Shown piece after piece: positions 1 through 14,334 of a DNA stretch of 64,000 nucleotides. Origin of the DNA: Nitrospinales bacterium. Its GTDB lineage: Bacteria; Nitrospinota; Nitrospinia; Nitrospinales; VA-1. The stretch covers positions 64,001-128,000 of the forward strand of contig OZ253496.1 of assembly GCA_965262115.1 (NCBI GenBank), written 5' to 3'. Positions within the stretch are counted from its first letter, which is position 1. Every line of letters begins with the position of its first letter. The notes under the pieces are model-generated. The model searched no databases. It was not told where the DNA came from and worked only from the letters and a program-made list of their open reading frames with translations. The position numbers were made by a program, and so were the translations under genes.

Positions 1-2299
1 CATTGGTTGGATGTAGTCAGTTTCATTTGAAAGATGTGAAAAAAATTATCAGCACAAAAGTAAGAAGTAAAAAGTTATGGTGATTAGAGTGATACAACTT
101 TTTTGGTGTGTTTTGTGGTTTTGACGTATAATCTCCCTTTTAAACATGTACAATTTTCACAGGAATATATTTGTGTGTGTGTTCCAAAAATACTCATTTA
201 CCAAGTGAATATCACCCTTAGAAAATGCCTCATATTCCCCACTTAAATAATGTCCTCCATAAAAACATCCCCATCCACTAATCTACTGCCATCGTATGAT
301 TTCTAGGATTTAGTATTTCTGTAAATATATATGGTCAGTATTTGCATATTAACCAACCATATAAGTTTAGAGAAAGCTGCTTGCAATGTGTATATTGCTT
401 GATACAGAGTTCCGAATAGGGGGATGCAAATGACTGTGTAGCAGGCTTGAGCCCTGCAAGGGGGTCCAAAGGCATGCTCCCACTGAAAATTAGTCTTCTA
501 CTATTCTGACACAATCTGGAGCAAATATCATTCACATAACATACTGTCATGCAAAACTGTGTCCACACATGGAAAAAAACTGGTTCTCCTGCCAAGATAA
601 TTTTTTGAAATACAGGTTTGTCATACAAATTCACCATGTAATTATTCTGGAAAACTATTTGCCATATAAAATAGACATGAGCAACCCTCCAAAAGATGGC
701 ATGGTGAGGGATATGAGAAGTAAACATGGTGTTTTCACACAGATGGGAAGACAAGGGTAGATATCTTGGCATACACAATAGTTCTGAAAGGAAAACATAC
801 CCTACTTGACAACAGTAGCAATGTTAATTCTCATTTATCATCCTTTGTTCATTGGTGATGTGCATCTGAGGAAGTTGATCACCTGGGATTATCCTATTAA
901 GGAAGTGATCATTGCTCGTGCCCCTCGGCAGTGCCCTATAAAAATATTCATTATTAATATTGTTACTGTGACCACATGTACAATTTATTTGGAAAAGGCC
1001 ATAAGTCAGAGAGCATACATAGCAAATGAAAGCCAAAATGGTAAGTATTGCATTGGTGTCAATTGTTGTAATGAGATTCCTAAAGTAATAATCCCACAAA
1101 GTCTAGACCTTATGTAACATACACCCAAAGTTGGAAGTTAGTCTAATTTTGAGATGGGCCACCACAGAGCACTGGTGGGAGTTCTTTCTGTTGGTTCAGT
1201 TGGTGGAAACTGATGGTGATTAAGCAAAAGCTGCAAGTAACCAATCTTGCTGCAACTCTAGAGAGTGCTGCAACTCTAGAGAGGGGACCAGCAAAGAACA
1301 CTGTGATCAGCAACATGAGTGATAAAATTAACAAAGTCAGACAGAGGTCACTCGATTTTTTTTTACTAAATGCCAAGTAAAATAGTGTTATCTCAGCATT
1401 TAAGCTCGCCTTAAATATACAGCTAGCATGTGAAAGGCTTCTCCCTCTGCCACAAAAAACTGAGAGAATGGCAAGGTGAGACAAAATGAAAACCTGTCCA
1501 GCCTCCTCATACTTAGGTAAACTGTAAGCCATCTGGTCCCAAATCATACTTTCTTACAATGTAATCCAACCTTGCATCTCACTACCACACCATATTCCTT
1601 TCTGTGTTAAGCGGTATAATATAGCCAGTTGCACATCAGGAAATTCTCAGGAGGTTCCACAAAACACATTACTATTTGCATCATACAAGCATTTGACGTG
1701 TATTACCAGTAACAATCGTAGCTCCACATCCATGAAAATCACATGTCACTATTCTTATGGTTATTGCATAGCCTCTTCTGACTGATATCTTATTCGGTAC
1801 TAAAGAGAGAGGGAGCTAGATAGCATGTTTCCAGCTGCACTATCAGCCACTGTTTATATTGGTGCCAATATTGTTTGATGTTCAGGGAGGATAAGTGCCA
1901 GTTGTTTGCTCGGCCAAGTTTTACTAAACTAGAGATGCAGAAACATTGAGCAGTATCCACCCTTTGTAAAACCATTACTTTACCTTGACCAATCGCTACT
2001 CTATCAAGAGTGGTAAAGTGTCTGGCTACGGATAGATGCAAGGCAGTTCACAATGCATGAAACACAGATGGAGGACAATGCAATGCAAAAGATATTGCAT
2101 TGCATTGGACCAAATGACATGAACTCCACCATCCAGTAAATGCGTTTTTAATACAAAAAAATAAAGTGATAATAGGCAAGCAAGCACCATGCCTGATCAC
2201 AAATGCCAGACACACAGCCTTAAAGATATCAACCTTTGTTTCACACACCCACTGCCCTGGTTAATTGTGTAAAGTAGGCCAGCCCTTGCCAGTAATAAT

Positions 2300-4484
2300 C
2301 TATGATTATATTCTTAAAAAATCTCCTATATTTTCTCAAATTCTACTGCATCAATTTCAGGCCCTTGATATCCTCCTGAGCTGAGCTACACTACAGTCTG
2401 ATAGGTGACTGGGTAGCCTTGTTCTTATTATTTTTAAATGACTAAATGATCATTCCACCAAGGCTGTGTTATTGGAAGCACCAGGAAAAAAGCATAACTT
2501 GTTCCATGGTGTCTTTTATGTCGTGCAAAAATGGAGTACTGGTGTTTTTTCCCCATCATAACCCTTTTCTCTTGGCAAACAGCTCTCTTAAAAACTTACC
2601 ATTCTCCTAGCAATTCTTCTTTCTTGATAATAGCAAGAGAAGAGTATGTAGTCCTTCAAATATTACTCTGCTTTTTCTCCAGAGAAGTTAGCCAAGGTTG
2701 ACAGCTTAGAGTTACCATAAGTTCTGAGAAGTGTCTCATCACAAGGAAGAAGAGCTGGGTTGAATACTGAGATTGAGACAACAAGCTTGACTACCTCGCT
2801 TGAGAAGCAGCTGTTAATGTTTGCTATCAATGTATCAAGGAGAGGTAATAGCCAATTGTACTCGAAACTGTTGAACTGACAACTAAGGTGATTTCCATAT
2901 GTTGGTCCCCTACTACCTTTGATTGTTATTCCATGCTCAGTTTCTAAGTTCGATATGGCTGTCTCTACTGCAGTACACCAACTGGCATCACTCTCCCTGA
3001 TGGTATTAATATGATCAAGTGTACTCTTGAGCATAAAGGTAAGCTTACTGAAGTCAGCATCTTCTTCTGCATGAACAAGTTTAAGAGAGCAAGGGCACTG
3101 AGAACTTCTGATAGGAGATAACTGCTTGATACACCATTAACACTAGCCAAAAGGGAGTGTATCATATGCCTCAGCATCTCCAGATGACTCGTATAGTGAA
3201 AGGGTTTGCAACAATGAGGCAATTCCTTGCAACTTGCCTTAACACAATGCTCATGTGACAGCCACATAATGTCACTAGGCTTCATGATCTTTAGCTTGGA
3301 AAAACCAAGAACAGCCTGGATGCCCTTGATTGCCTCAAAGTTTTCGGGGGAATAATAAAACAACTTCCAAACGCTGGTCGTGGTTCCAAAAAACGTCTGT
3401 ATCTCCTTCACTGATGCAGCTTCCTGGATTGAAGCAAGCTCTAACCTGTAACAAGAACAGTAGATGTAGATTGCATGAGCCGAGGTGGTCTGAATTTGCT
3501 TATGAACTCCTCTTGTTTTCTAGCAAATTAAGCAGCACCATCATATCCTTCACCAATCAAGTTTCTTGGATCAAGTTGCTTCTGCTGTAAGAAGGATTAT
3601 AAAGCTTCTGCAATAGTACTGGCATCTCTAGAATGGACATGAAGTACCATTAAGAAGTGCTCCTCTGGTTTTCCATTAACTAACCATCTGCCACAGATGG
3701 ATAGCTCTTCTTGAGTACTGATGTCCTGGCACTCATCTGTTAAGATGGAAAAGTAGGGACTCTCTTGGAGGCTACATATAAGCTTTCTTTCGATCCAAAT
3801 ATCAATTGCTTCAATCAACAACCTAGCACTGAATCGTGATGTGTACTGAGTATTAGATGATCCATCACTAAGATGCTTTTCAAGCAATTCATCGCCATTA
3901 AGCATTTGGAGCTCAATTAACTCCTTGTGGTTGAGTGTGGAACGATTCTTAGCCAAGAAGTATATGGATCTCATCAATTTAAGAATAATCTCACGATTCT
4001 TTTTCTTTTGCTGTTCAGCTTGTTTAGCAGCACCTGCACATTGCATTTCAATGACATTCTGCTGCTCTACATGCTTAGCCATTCGTGCAGTGATTGATGA
4101 GTCTTGGTGCCATTTAGATCCACTATGCTGTTTCAGTAGTTCTGTGGTATGGTTCCAATCAATAATTACCCTTGTCGTCCACACACCATTTGCGCTTGGA
4201 GGCGGCTTTCCACATTTCTTACAAAGAGTACAAATCATGCCAACTTTAGGATCTTCACACTGAACCCAAGGATAAACTTTCTCCCAAACTTTCTTGTAGC
4301 TTAGCTTTTTTTTGTAACATTTCTTCTTATATTATACCGATAATTTATTAGAGACGGGGCATGTCATGACTGTCTTGCTCTTGTCTACACGACAGAGTAA
4401 TTCCTTTGTATCAGACTCTTCACCACTAGATTTATCTGACTGTTCCTTCTGAGTTCTCTTTCCTAAATACTTTCTGATATCCAT
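2300..4484 (-). pseudogene. Decayed hAT-superfamily transposase (ZNF862/KIAA1586-like)
   Basis: Fragments in several frames: MICTLCKK..H..SKWH zinc finger, YFSILTDECQDISTQEELSIC, KPSDIMWLSHEHCVKA, and a C-terminal FSHLKIIRTRL dimerisation-like motif; stops and frameshifts; ends approximate. Confidence 0.85.
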
Positions 4485-5693
4485 TACATTCTGCTCACAA
4501 TTAGCTGAGAAAGAGTAGCATAAAATTCATTGGTGGAAGTGTAGGTTCCATAGCTTAGTAATGATTACAAAATACAAGCAACTCTAAAGTCAGGTACTAC
4601 AGGTACTACAGTGCACTTATATTTAATCAAACAACTAACAATGACTATTGTTCTGAAACAATAGACTTTTGATGTCCAGCCAGATCAGGCACTACATGTG
4701 TTAAGATATGATGAGGTGATGACCAGTGGTACAGCATAAGTAGGAAAAAATTGGAACTTTGTCTGTGTATGTGTTCTTTTTGTGCGATGTATTTCCGGTA
4801 ACACATGTGGGTGAGTTAACACACCTAAGACCACTGCACACCCAAATGTTCCAAGTAGAAAAACATTAATTCAGTAGGATGCTACATGCACTCCCACCAT
4901 GCTCTTTTGCCCATGCTAGTAATTCCAAAACCATAAAGAAAACTCCAACCTTCGCTCACCCCAGTGTGGCTTTTCACTCATTAAACCCCCTATGACTCAA
5001 GATCAAGGAGAAGGTAAGGTGAAAATACATACAATAAACCTGGTAGCAGCCGGCTCTCCTCTTACAGACATGGGATTTGTTTGAGTATTCTGCTCAATAC
5101 AGTGGGGCATCCGTAACACTTTTGCTTTCCTTGACTATTCCCTTCCTTCCAGGTGGGAAAAAAATTCCATGGGATTTTGGTCAATTCCGTGGTGCACATG
5201 GGATAGGGTTGGGACTCACAGAGATCAGTGGTACTTGAGTCCTCTGCACACTAGATAAAGTGTTGTGCTAAACTATAATAAAGACCGATAAATCCCCCCC
5301 CCCCCCTGACAAAAATGTCTGCATACATCCCCGACTAGTATATATAAGTAGGAATGATTAAGCATCATCGAACAGTTATGGTATAACCGTCCCACATCCA
5401 AAATATTTTTCCGAGCATGAAATGCCAAATGGGTACACCGGTACCCTAGCGATAGTTTTACATTTATCAGCACTAAAAGACAATATTGGCTTTAAAAATG
5501 TAATTTATCATTTCCTCCCTTTCGACATGCGCTTCTGCCCTTTTTGCGGTGTTATAGCGATACAAATATCAACATGATACAGCTAATTAATAGTCCCCTT
5601 TAGTATCATACCTATCTTGGTTCACCCTAAATGAAAATTCAGCTTAGATCCAGCCCTAGGGATCTGGTTCATAATTTTTTTCATACAAGTTTT

Positions 5694-5709
5694 CACACAC
5701 ACACACACA
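5694..5709. repeat. (CA)n microsatellite
   Basis: cacacacacacacaca. Confidence 0.9.
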
Positions 5710-8229
5710 GAGACACGCTCTCACACTAACACACATGCAGGTCTGATTTTGAAAAATAATTCTTCCTATAAAATGCGCGAAAGTGTACGGGGGTACAGGT
5801 GTATTTTATTGCAATAGTATATGTTGCAATAGTATATGTATTCAAAAAGAACAAACAGAAACCATTTTACAGGTAAAAGATGTGCAACATACTAATTTGT
5901 AAACATGAGAGAGGAATAGTTTGAAACAGATTTGTTTGATGCATAGGGATATCATCACATATGTTTAGAGAATGTCTTTACCTCTTTATGCCTTCCGAAG
6001 GTTAAATGGATTTAGCCTTGTTCTTTTATGACAGGTCAATCCAATAGAGTATTTTTTTAATTAAAAACATTTTTTGTTCTTTGTGTGCTGTACGTTAAAT
6101 ACCAGAGAGTATATGGAAGATTTTACAGACTCGACTACAGATGCCCAAATTGGTTTGTGGCTTGCAAAACCACGTAGCTGTGATGTAGCGTTTTTAATTT
6201 TTTGTTATGTGAAGCATTCCTGAGTTATGGTGATTAGAAGAGGTGGGGTCACAGGTATTGCGTGGGCACTTTCATAAATCATCTTAAAGCACACACAATA
6301 AGCAACAAGTTGGTATCAAAAGTATCAGCACAGAAGAAAGGGGGGAAAAATTATGACAGCTAAAAATATGTGTTTAAATTTCGGTGGTTTCGGGCTTAGT
6401 CCCTCCTTAAAAAGGATATGATCAACCTGGAGATTTCAAGAAGACTCGCACGCATCAACTGGGAATGCAACAGATTTGGAAATATTTGTCAATGAAGAAG
6501 GAAATTGTTACAGATTCGAAGACCAAAAAATGAAAACCTGAATACACAAGAAAACTGTGTAGTTAAAAGCTGTTAGGGAAAGATTGTGGAATTTTTAATC
6601 CCCAAAACTTCACAATTCATATGCATGTTCCTCCATACTCTGGCATTGGAGGTGATGCAAGTTATTTCTGGTACAGGAACTATTATCAATCTTGGTAGTA
6701 TCCCAATTACTTGCATGTGTCTTATTGCTCTCTTTCTAGGACAGCAAGATGACTGGCTACATAGTTAACATATATAGAAAGCACTCATAGAAAGGTTAAC
6801 TGATGCATTTAGTAGAGGAGGGTAGTGCTAATAATGGAGAGCATAATGTAAGCAATATACAGTGTCAAGAATGCAAACAACCTCTAACAAGTTTGTGTCA
6901 GCTTCTAATGGTATTCCCTTTATTACTCTGACAATTTCTGCAGAAAGGACTGGTGATGACCTCATTCTTATTATGGTGTGCTTCTCATCTTCAAGGGAAG
7001 CAGCTTCAAAGTAGCTACTATTAACAAAACTCCTTACTTCCTCTTGCACATTTCCATTTCACAATTTGTCACATGTAGGAATATATAGCATACAATTCTT
7101 GGCTACTTCACCATATCACAATCCAACTATTACATCATGGCATCTAAATGTACAGATCAGTAATGTATTAGCTAGGGCTAGACTAGAATGTGGAGCAATA
7201 CAATAAACCAATGCTAGGATTTTAAATTCTGTCCGATAGGGAATCATGCTAAAATAATCAAGCTAATATATTCCTTCACCTTTGCCCTCTTGTCTCTCTC
7301 TCTCTTGCACCTTCACTTGTCACTCACCTTGCATTCACTACTAGTAAGTTTGACCCTTATTTCAAAATGGCGATACAGCTAAAGCAACTTCTTAGTATCT
7401 TAAATGGTGATTTTGGAGATAAATCCAGAAACAAGCCTCTTGCACCTATAAAAATCATGTGCATTTTTTAATTTTGCAAGGGAGATTTGGCAAAAATTCC
7501 CATTTCACATACTTTTTCTTCCTATTTTTTTCCTTATTTCCTCCTCCTCTTCTTTTTCAATATTTTATTAATCAAATTATGAAAATTTGTTGAAAATGAA
7601 ATCAATAATATGAATGGAATAATTAAGTTCATTGTAAAAAAAAAAGATTGTATCTTTTTTACTGGGAATGTCCTCTGTCTGACAGGACTTCCTCCTCTCT
7701 CTTATGGTGGCATTGCAGCTGAATAAAAAGTAGGAAACCAACTGTTTCAAGTAGCCCAGTGTTTTTGAAACCTTTACTCAAGTGTTATTAGCTACAAATC
7801 TTGTACATATTGCAGATGTAGACAACAAATTATTTCTCCTTAAATAACTAATCCATATCATCCACTGATCCAATGCTGGAGCAATACTTGCCAGAGTGGA
7901 TGAAGCCATCAGATCCGCAGAACCAAAGACCAAACAAAATAGGAAAAAAAGATCCCACCAAGACGTTCGCACAATTTTGACGATTACGCCAAATCTCACT
8001 CGCAATATAAAAAATTGCTGATGATTTTTAGAATTGCAAGAGGCTTGTTTCCAGATTGATCTGGTTTCTACTACAAAAATATTTCCAGCATGCCATGAAT
8101 CTTTTGTGAAGGGAAATGGTCAAAAACTTTGCTCCCAATATCCAGTTGTCAATAGGAGAGAGGAGGGAAGATGAGGAAGGGAAAAGAAATCCATTTATAA
8201 CCTCACCATACGATAACTTCTTCCTTCTC

Positions 8230-9312
8230 TGCCACCACTTCCCCAAACAATACACAACATACTGACCCACCTCCACCAACACTCTTTTGCTTACTCCCTC
8301 CACACCTTTTCCCAACAGTAAAGCCACCTTTCCTTTGTTACCCACTTTCCTAAATTCATCCAGTAACTCTCCAGCCCCCATAATTCTGCTTACATCATCC
8401 ACGAACACGTTGATCCCTCTCAAATTCCCCACAAACCACCAAGAAATGGACTACATCCTCCTCTACACTACTATCACACATTACACACCTCTTGTCTCTA
8501 ATAGTTCTACATCTCTTTTTGTCTAATAACAACCGAGCTGAACCAATTCTGAATCAGAACAGCAACCTCACACCTTCCTGATCCTGTAGTGACCTAACAT
8601 CTCGCCACCCCAATGGAGAGATGTACCACTTCAATGTGCTCTTACTATTTACTTCCTCATTCCAGTCCTTCTCATTTATTCTTAATATATTCCTTCCACC
8701 TATGCACCGACCTAGCGTCATCATCTATCTCCTCAAAACCTCACACACTTCCCATTTCTCTATTCCTCCATCCTTTCATTGTTTACTTACCACCATCTTC
8801 ACATGTCTGCTCTCTTTCTTGGTCTTCAATCACTTTCCGGACAAAAACTTCATCTCTTCCCTCCTCTCCTCCAGTTTCCTTCATCACAGATCTCCCAGCA
8901 CTGCCACTCCTACTTCTGTAATGCTTGCCCCCAACAATCTCCTACCTACTCTCATCTCATTTAGGACTGTACCAATTCCAGCTTCCTACATATCCTACAT
9001 CCTCCTGTTAACCACACTTCTGCTGCATACTCCATACTCAATCTTCTTGGAAGCTCCCACACCATCCTTTCTACTTTCATGACTGTTAACTCTGCTCATC
9101 CATACCACCTTTCCAACCCACTCTTGTGCCTTCTTTACTACCTTCTCTAACTGCACATTTCCCCATAGCTTTCTATCAAACAATACCCCCAAAGTACTTG
9201 AACCTTCTTCCTCTTCCACTGCTTCCTCATCAATTTTCAAACTCCCTTCCCCCTTCCCAGTCTCCATAACCTTACTCATTTTCCTATTAAACTTAATCAT
9301 CCACCTTAACAT
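8230..9312 (-). mobile_element. 5'-truncated non-LTR retrotransposon (LINE) ORF2 C-terminal relic
   Basis: LGVLFDRKLWGNVQLEKVVKKAQEWVGKVVWMSRVN and MRVGRRLLGAS...VAVLGDL resemble the region after the RT domain of LINE ORF2; strong purine skew; many disablements. Confidence 0.7.
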
Positions 9313-9673
9313 ATATGCTAGTTACAATGTACCATATCTAACAACGCCTACAGTGGACTCAACATTCTATTAGGAATATACCGACCAAAAACCTGGCACC
9401 TAAAAAATTGTGGTTGCTAGCATTACGCTTGCCACCGTCGGCAACGTAAAATACGCATGCGCAAAGAACCCACTAGCTCACAATTTTCATGCAATCGTCG
9501 GGCTCGACGCATGCGAAGGTATTATTTCGTCGCTAAAAAAAACTTCGGTCCACAAGAGCCTAAAAAGAGCTAATTCGTCGATTACAAGAAGCAAAGATAC
9601 CCTCTTGTTATTTGCGTGTCATCGTTGGGAACGCGAAGACGCATGCGCAAAGTATCGTCGCATAGCGCATTTG

Positions 9674-11452
9674 CGGGGAAGTGGTAAAATCTGGACTCCA
9701 ATACTGGATTCTGGACAGGACTGGATTCTGAGACTTTGGACTTTATGTACGTAGTAATCATCAATTCCGTTGTTGGGATTACCTACTGCTTGAACGACAA
9801 GAGAGCAATTAGGTGCTCAACCATGCATTTGCTCCAATCTAGGTTAGGGCTAGAGGTATAGTCATTTCAAGGGATAGTCAGATTATGAATTGATGAAGAT
9901 GAAGAACTCTGGACAGTAATCTTTTACGCACACTAATACTACTTCTATTAGATACTTGCAGACCTATCCATGATGTCAAGTGCACAAAAAATTAATCAAA
10001 TTCATATTTAAGATTGATGCCCTTGCATAGTTGTGAGAGAAAACCAACTTTTAATTTGAGTAAATTAAGATAGTACATGTAAACAGTGAATGAAACAATT
10101 GCCATGTTCATAAGGGGCCAAGATCAGTGAAGTACCTACTTCGAACTTAGTCTGACAGGGCTCACAAGGGCAACAAAGTAAAGCAGTATTAGTACTAATT
10201 GGTATAGTAGATTTTCAAAGCAAATGATAAAAAAAAATTGAAATAGAGGCAATAAATACTGATTTAGAGATGAACTAATTGAAACAAGCAAGATGAGTTA
10301 CAACACATACATTAGTCTATGGTTGCTAGATTAGTTTAAGTTCTTGTTTAGGTCTAAAGCTCACATAGGAGTATGCAAATATCATTTTCGGAACATCATC
10401 CAACAGACTGTGTATTTGGTACTTTCAGAGATCAGGCAGGATTGTACGAAGCCCCAGACAGGATCTGCGATAGCAAATGACAGAGGGCCCCAATTTCCTG
10501 TGTGGTCGGTAGGTTTTAGCTATACCTCTGGCATCTAGGTCACTCATCAATATTTGATATTTCTGTTTCTCACTCTTTCTCAGTGTGCATTTTTGAGAGA
10601 TACAGGAGAGTTGAATTATCCTTGTCAAGTGAAGATACAACTAGTAAATGTGTGTGTAAAATTGGCTGGGTGAGCCATTCTCATGCACAGAGCTGTGTAC
10701 CCTGCATGCAATCATGAAATGGAACGGTAAGTTCTAACTAAATAAAGCCACATGAACAATATTCATTGTTTCTCATCCTTGGACCTGTGAGATCGTAATG
10801 TGGGTGGCTATTTACTACCTTAATTTATAGTTCAAAGGCCAAATAAACTGGAATCACCCGGCAAATCCCCCTGGAAATCTCCCATGTGCCACAAAACGTT
10901 ACAAAAAAAAATAGTATAGGAATATGATCAACTTTTGGCAGAGATAATACTTTTGACGACAACTTTGGCTTATCTGAGGATAAAAGTATCGATGATGATA
11001 ATGGCAATTTTTCCTACCTTGGGAAGAGCAGAATAGATCATAAAGCCGTACTTCTGACAGGCAGAAAGGGGGCACCTGACTTATCTTCTGGAAAATGATC
11101 ACATATCCATATCACTTCTTCAAGACTTTCATTCCAGTCCTAATTTGGACTACAACTAAAGGCTTCAGATTAGGCAGCTAGATTAGTCTCCCATGGCCAG
11201 CTATAGTTAACTAGAATTGACGAAAGTGCATGCTCAGGAAATAAAATGAGGGTTTGGTCATGTGACCAATACTTGGCCCTAATTAATGATTTAATCTTCA
11301 AAATACTGAGCATGTCGCTTCTCTCTCTTTCCCTGCTAGGTGGAATCCTAACAATGGAAATAATGACAACTTGCACAAGCCAAAGTCTCAGAATCCAGTC
11401 CAGTCCAATCCAGTCCAGAATCCAGTATAGGAGTCCAGATTTTATCACATCC
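9674..11452. mobile_element. Non-autonomous DNA transposon, ~1.8 kb, with ~130-bp imperfect terminal inverted repeats
   Basis: 9684 taaaatctggactccaatactggattctggac..ggattctgagactttgg is the reverse complement of ~11380-11445; both ends start CGG. Confidence 0.7.
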
Positions 11453-12659
11453 GATGGCCACAAAAATCCTAAAATGAGCCACCATTCCAGGAAGAAAATT
11501 AAAACTTTCCTGTGTGTTTCTTATTGTCCACACAACATTCAGCAGAAAAATGTGGCCTAGGGCTACATTTTTATGTATCATTATTCACCAATAAGAGACA
11601 TATGCCTTACCTTCTGTCTGAACGTCTTTAACTCAGTAATCTATTTGCCTCTCTTCCAGCTTATGGCGCTCCCTAATGCCTCATCCAACCTTCTATTGCC
11701 TTGTAGAGGAAAATCATCGCCTCCTTTTTCCCATTTCTGTGTCGTTATTCAGCCATATGCTCAACATGACTCATACTCAGTTTTTGTATCAGCCATTTTC
11801 ACAAATTCGTCGGCAAAAACTTTCCATAACAATTTTTTTATATCAGTTTGAAAACATAAATAGTCTATTATCATATAAGTGACCCACTGAGTGCTCATTT
11901 CAAGTTTGGTGATTTAACATTACGAACTCTGGGAGGAGTTCATTGACATACTAACGTATATAGATACATATATACAAATGCCTCAGTTCCAATAATCAAC
12001 ATTATTAACATTGCATTATCCATTGCCTACTAAGTCCATACTAATATACAAAATGTACCTTATTTTAGTAGGACAGAAACTTCTTGATGTGCACACCTAT
12101 TGCACAATCCATAAGCTCAACAGAGTGGTAACAAATTCGAACATTCTTTTACTTTGCATATGCAAAAGATATTTGCCAATTGATTTTCCTCATCTTAGAT
12201 AGTTAAAGATTTCAAAGAAATTCTAAGTGCTGATGCAATAGGAGATATGCATATCAGTGTCTTGAAAATAGAAGCCATGCTTAAGCCAAGACTAGAAAAA
12301 ACTGTGCTGCTTGCTTCAAAAGAAAAGAAAGAAAAAAAAAAAAAAAACTCCTAAAATAACACATTTTTACTGAAAATTACTCACACACATTTTTAGACCT
12401 TGGGAATCATAATATATCATAAAAGTTGTGTGAGCATTCTAATTGTGCTAAATCATGTGTTGGCAGCACAAATTAAAAACATGATTTTCTATGTATTGAC
12501 AATTTGTGACATGAAAAAAGGTTTACTAAACATATTGAATGCATCTAGCTGGTGGAAGAGTGGGTCTATTCAAATACTTCAAGTAAAAAGCCACACTTCT
12601 AACAGCTGAGCAAATAAGGTTAAAGAAAAGACAGACTGAAGAAATTAACAAACACATCG

Positions 12660-14000
12660 AGTCTGAGCTGGAAAAGGAAGGCTATGCAGCACTCCAAGGC
12701 AATAAGAGCCAAACTTGGCAAATATGGTGCAATTAATGGAACTGCTGCTAGGAGGCATTTCAAAGAAAAAATAGGTAAGCTATCTGAAAGGACAGTAAGG
12801 AAATTATGCTGCTGAGCTCTCCGCACATACTAAAAATGGTGACTTCACAAACGGAGAGGAAGGCCCTGCTAATCTTTGGGTGAGAGCCATGGTAGTGGTG
12901 TCCAAAAGTATGTTCAAGCACTTTGAAAGGCTGTTACACCTATTTGTGCACATTTTTATGGCTGCAGCTGATAGCATTATTGTAGCGAAGGATAGAACTA
13001 GCGAGGGATAGAACTAGCAAAGGATACAAATTTGTTAATTGAAAATGGTGGCCACATTTCTCTGGCCACATTTCTTTGACCAGGGGATGGGCCTATAGAA
13101 AAGTTACCACTAAGACAAGCATTCCTAGCGAAAAAGGATTTTAAAAAAGGAAAGGAAAGTTCCTGTTACAAATTTCTGGGATATCAGAGAAGAACAGATC
13201 CCAGCCGAGTTAGTCCTTGAATTGGGACCAGACTAATCTACAGTGCGTTCCATGTATCAATTGGACACTTGACAAGAACGGTGCTGAACAAGTAGAAGTA
13301 GCTAGTTTGAAAGCTAAGAGGGTGATAACAGCCATATTTACATCTATTATAAGTGGTGATTTCTTGCCAATGCAATTCTCTACACTGGTGAGAACTCTAG
13401 ATGGCATCCCATTTTTTTAGAATTCCCACCTGGATTTGACATATGGCATTCTCCCAACCATTAATCTACTCAAGAGACATCATTGAGATTTTTGAAGAAC
13501 ATTATCTTACCCATGTGGAGAAGACTTGAGCAAAATTGAACTTCCCTCCAGATCAGCCAGCCTGTCTTAGATGTTTCGTGTGGTCAGACTGTTCAAGAAA
13601 TATATTAGCTATTGGAGAAACACTGCATTTATGTGGTTTTAGTGCCCAGTAATTGGACAGACCAATTACAACCCTTAGAACTCAGAGTTAATTAGCAAAC
13701 CTGCGAAGGACAACGTGAGACGAAGTTCTGTTCTTGGTATGCCCAGAAAATGAAAAAGCAAGTTGAAGCAAGAAAAAGTCTTGATGAAGTTTCCGTAGAT
13801 GTCGAGATGAGTGTTGTTAAAGAGATTGGAGCACATTAGTTAGTTTTGTATAACTACCTTTTGAATCATCCTGATATTTGCAAGAATGATTTTGATCGAA
13901 GCGGGATCAATGATGTTTTATCTAGTCCTACTCTCATACACGAATTATCACTATCTAATGAAGAGGACCCTTTTGACGGACTGACATCAGATTCAGGTTA
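12660..14000 (+). pseudogene. Decayed pogo/Tigger-like (DDE_1) transposase
   Basis: IPAELVLNWDQT, ITAIFTSIISGDFLPMQ, VVLVPSNWTDQLQPL motifs; N-terminal GKYGAINGTAA..HF; many frameshifts. Confidence 0.8.
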
Positions 14001-14072
14001 GACCTGATTTACACTCAACTTGATCACATTCAATCACAAAAATGATGATCATAATCAAGAGTATTTAAAAAT

Positions 14073-14334
14073 AAACAGCTATATTGGATTGACCTGTTAA
14101 AAGAGAAAGGAAACAGGTCAGCATCGATGTAGACCAAAGCCAGTTCGATTCCTTTATCATCTAAAATAATATACAACAATATTGTGCTGTGCTTGTGGTT
14201 GCAATCCGTGATCTTAAAATTAGTACAATATTGGGATAATTTTCAATTGTAAAGTGGATCTAACTGGCTGTGGTCTACATCGGTGCAGTCTTATTTCAGT
14301 TCTTTGTTAACCAGGCAATCCAATTTAGCTGTTT
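14073..14334. mobile_element. Fold-back MITE (~260 bp, ~75-bp imperfect TIRs)
   Basis: aaacagctatattggattgacctgtt..gatgtagaccaaagccagtt mirrored by aactggctgtggtctacatc..caatccaatttagctgttt; related copies at ~19385-19620 and ~30245-30392. Confidence 0.75.
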
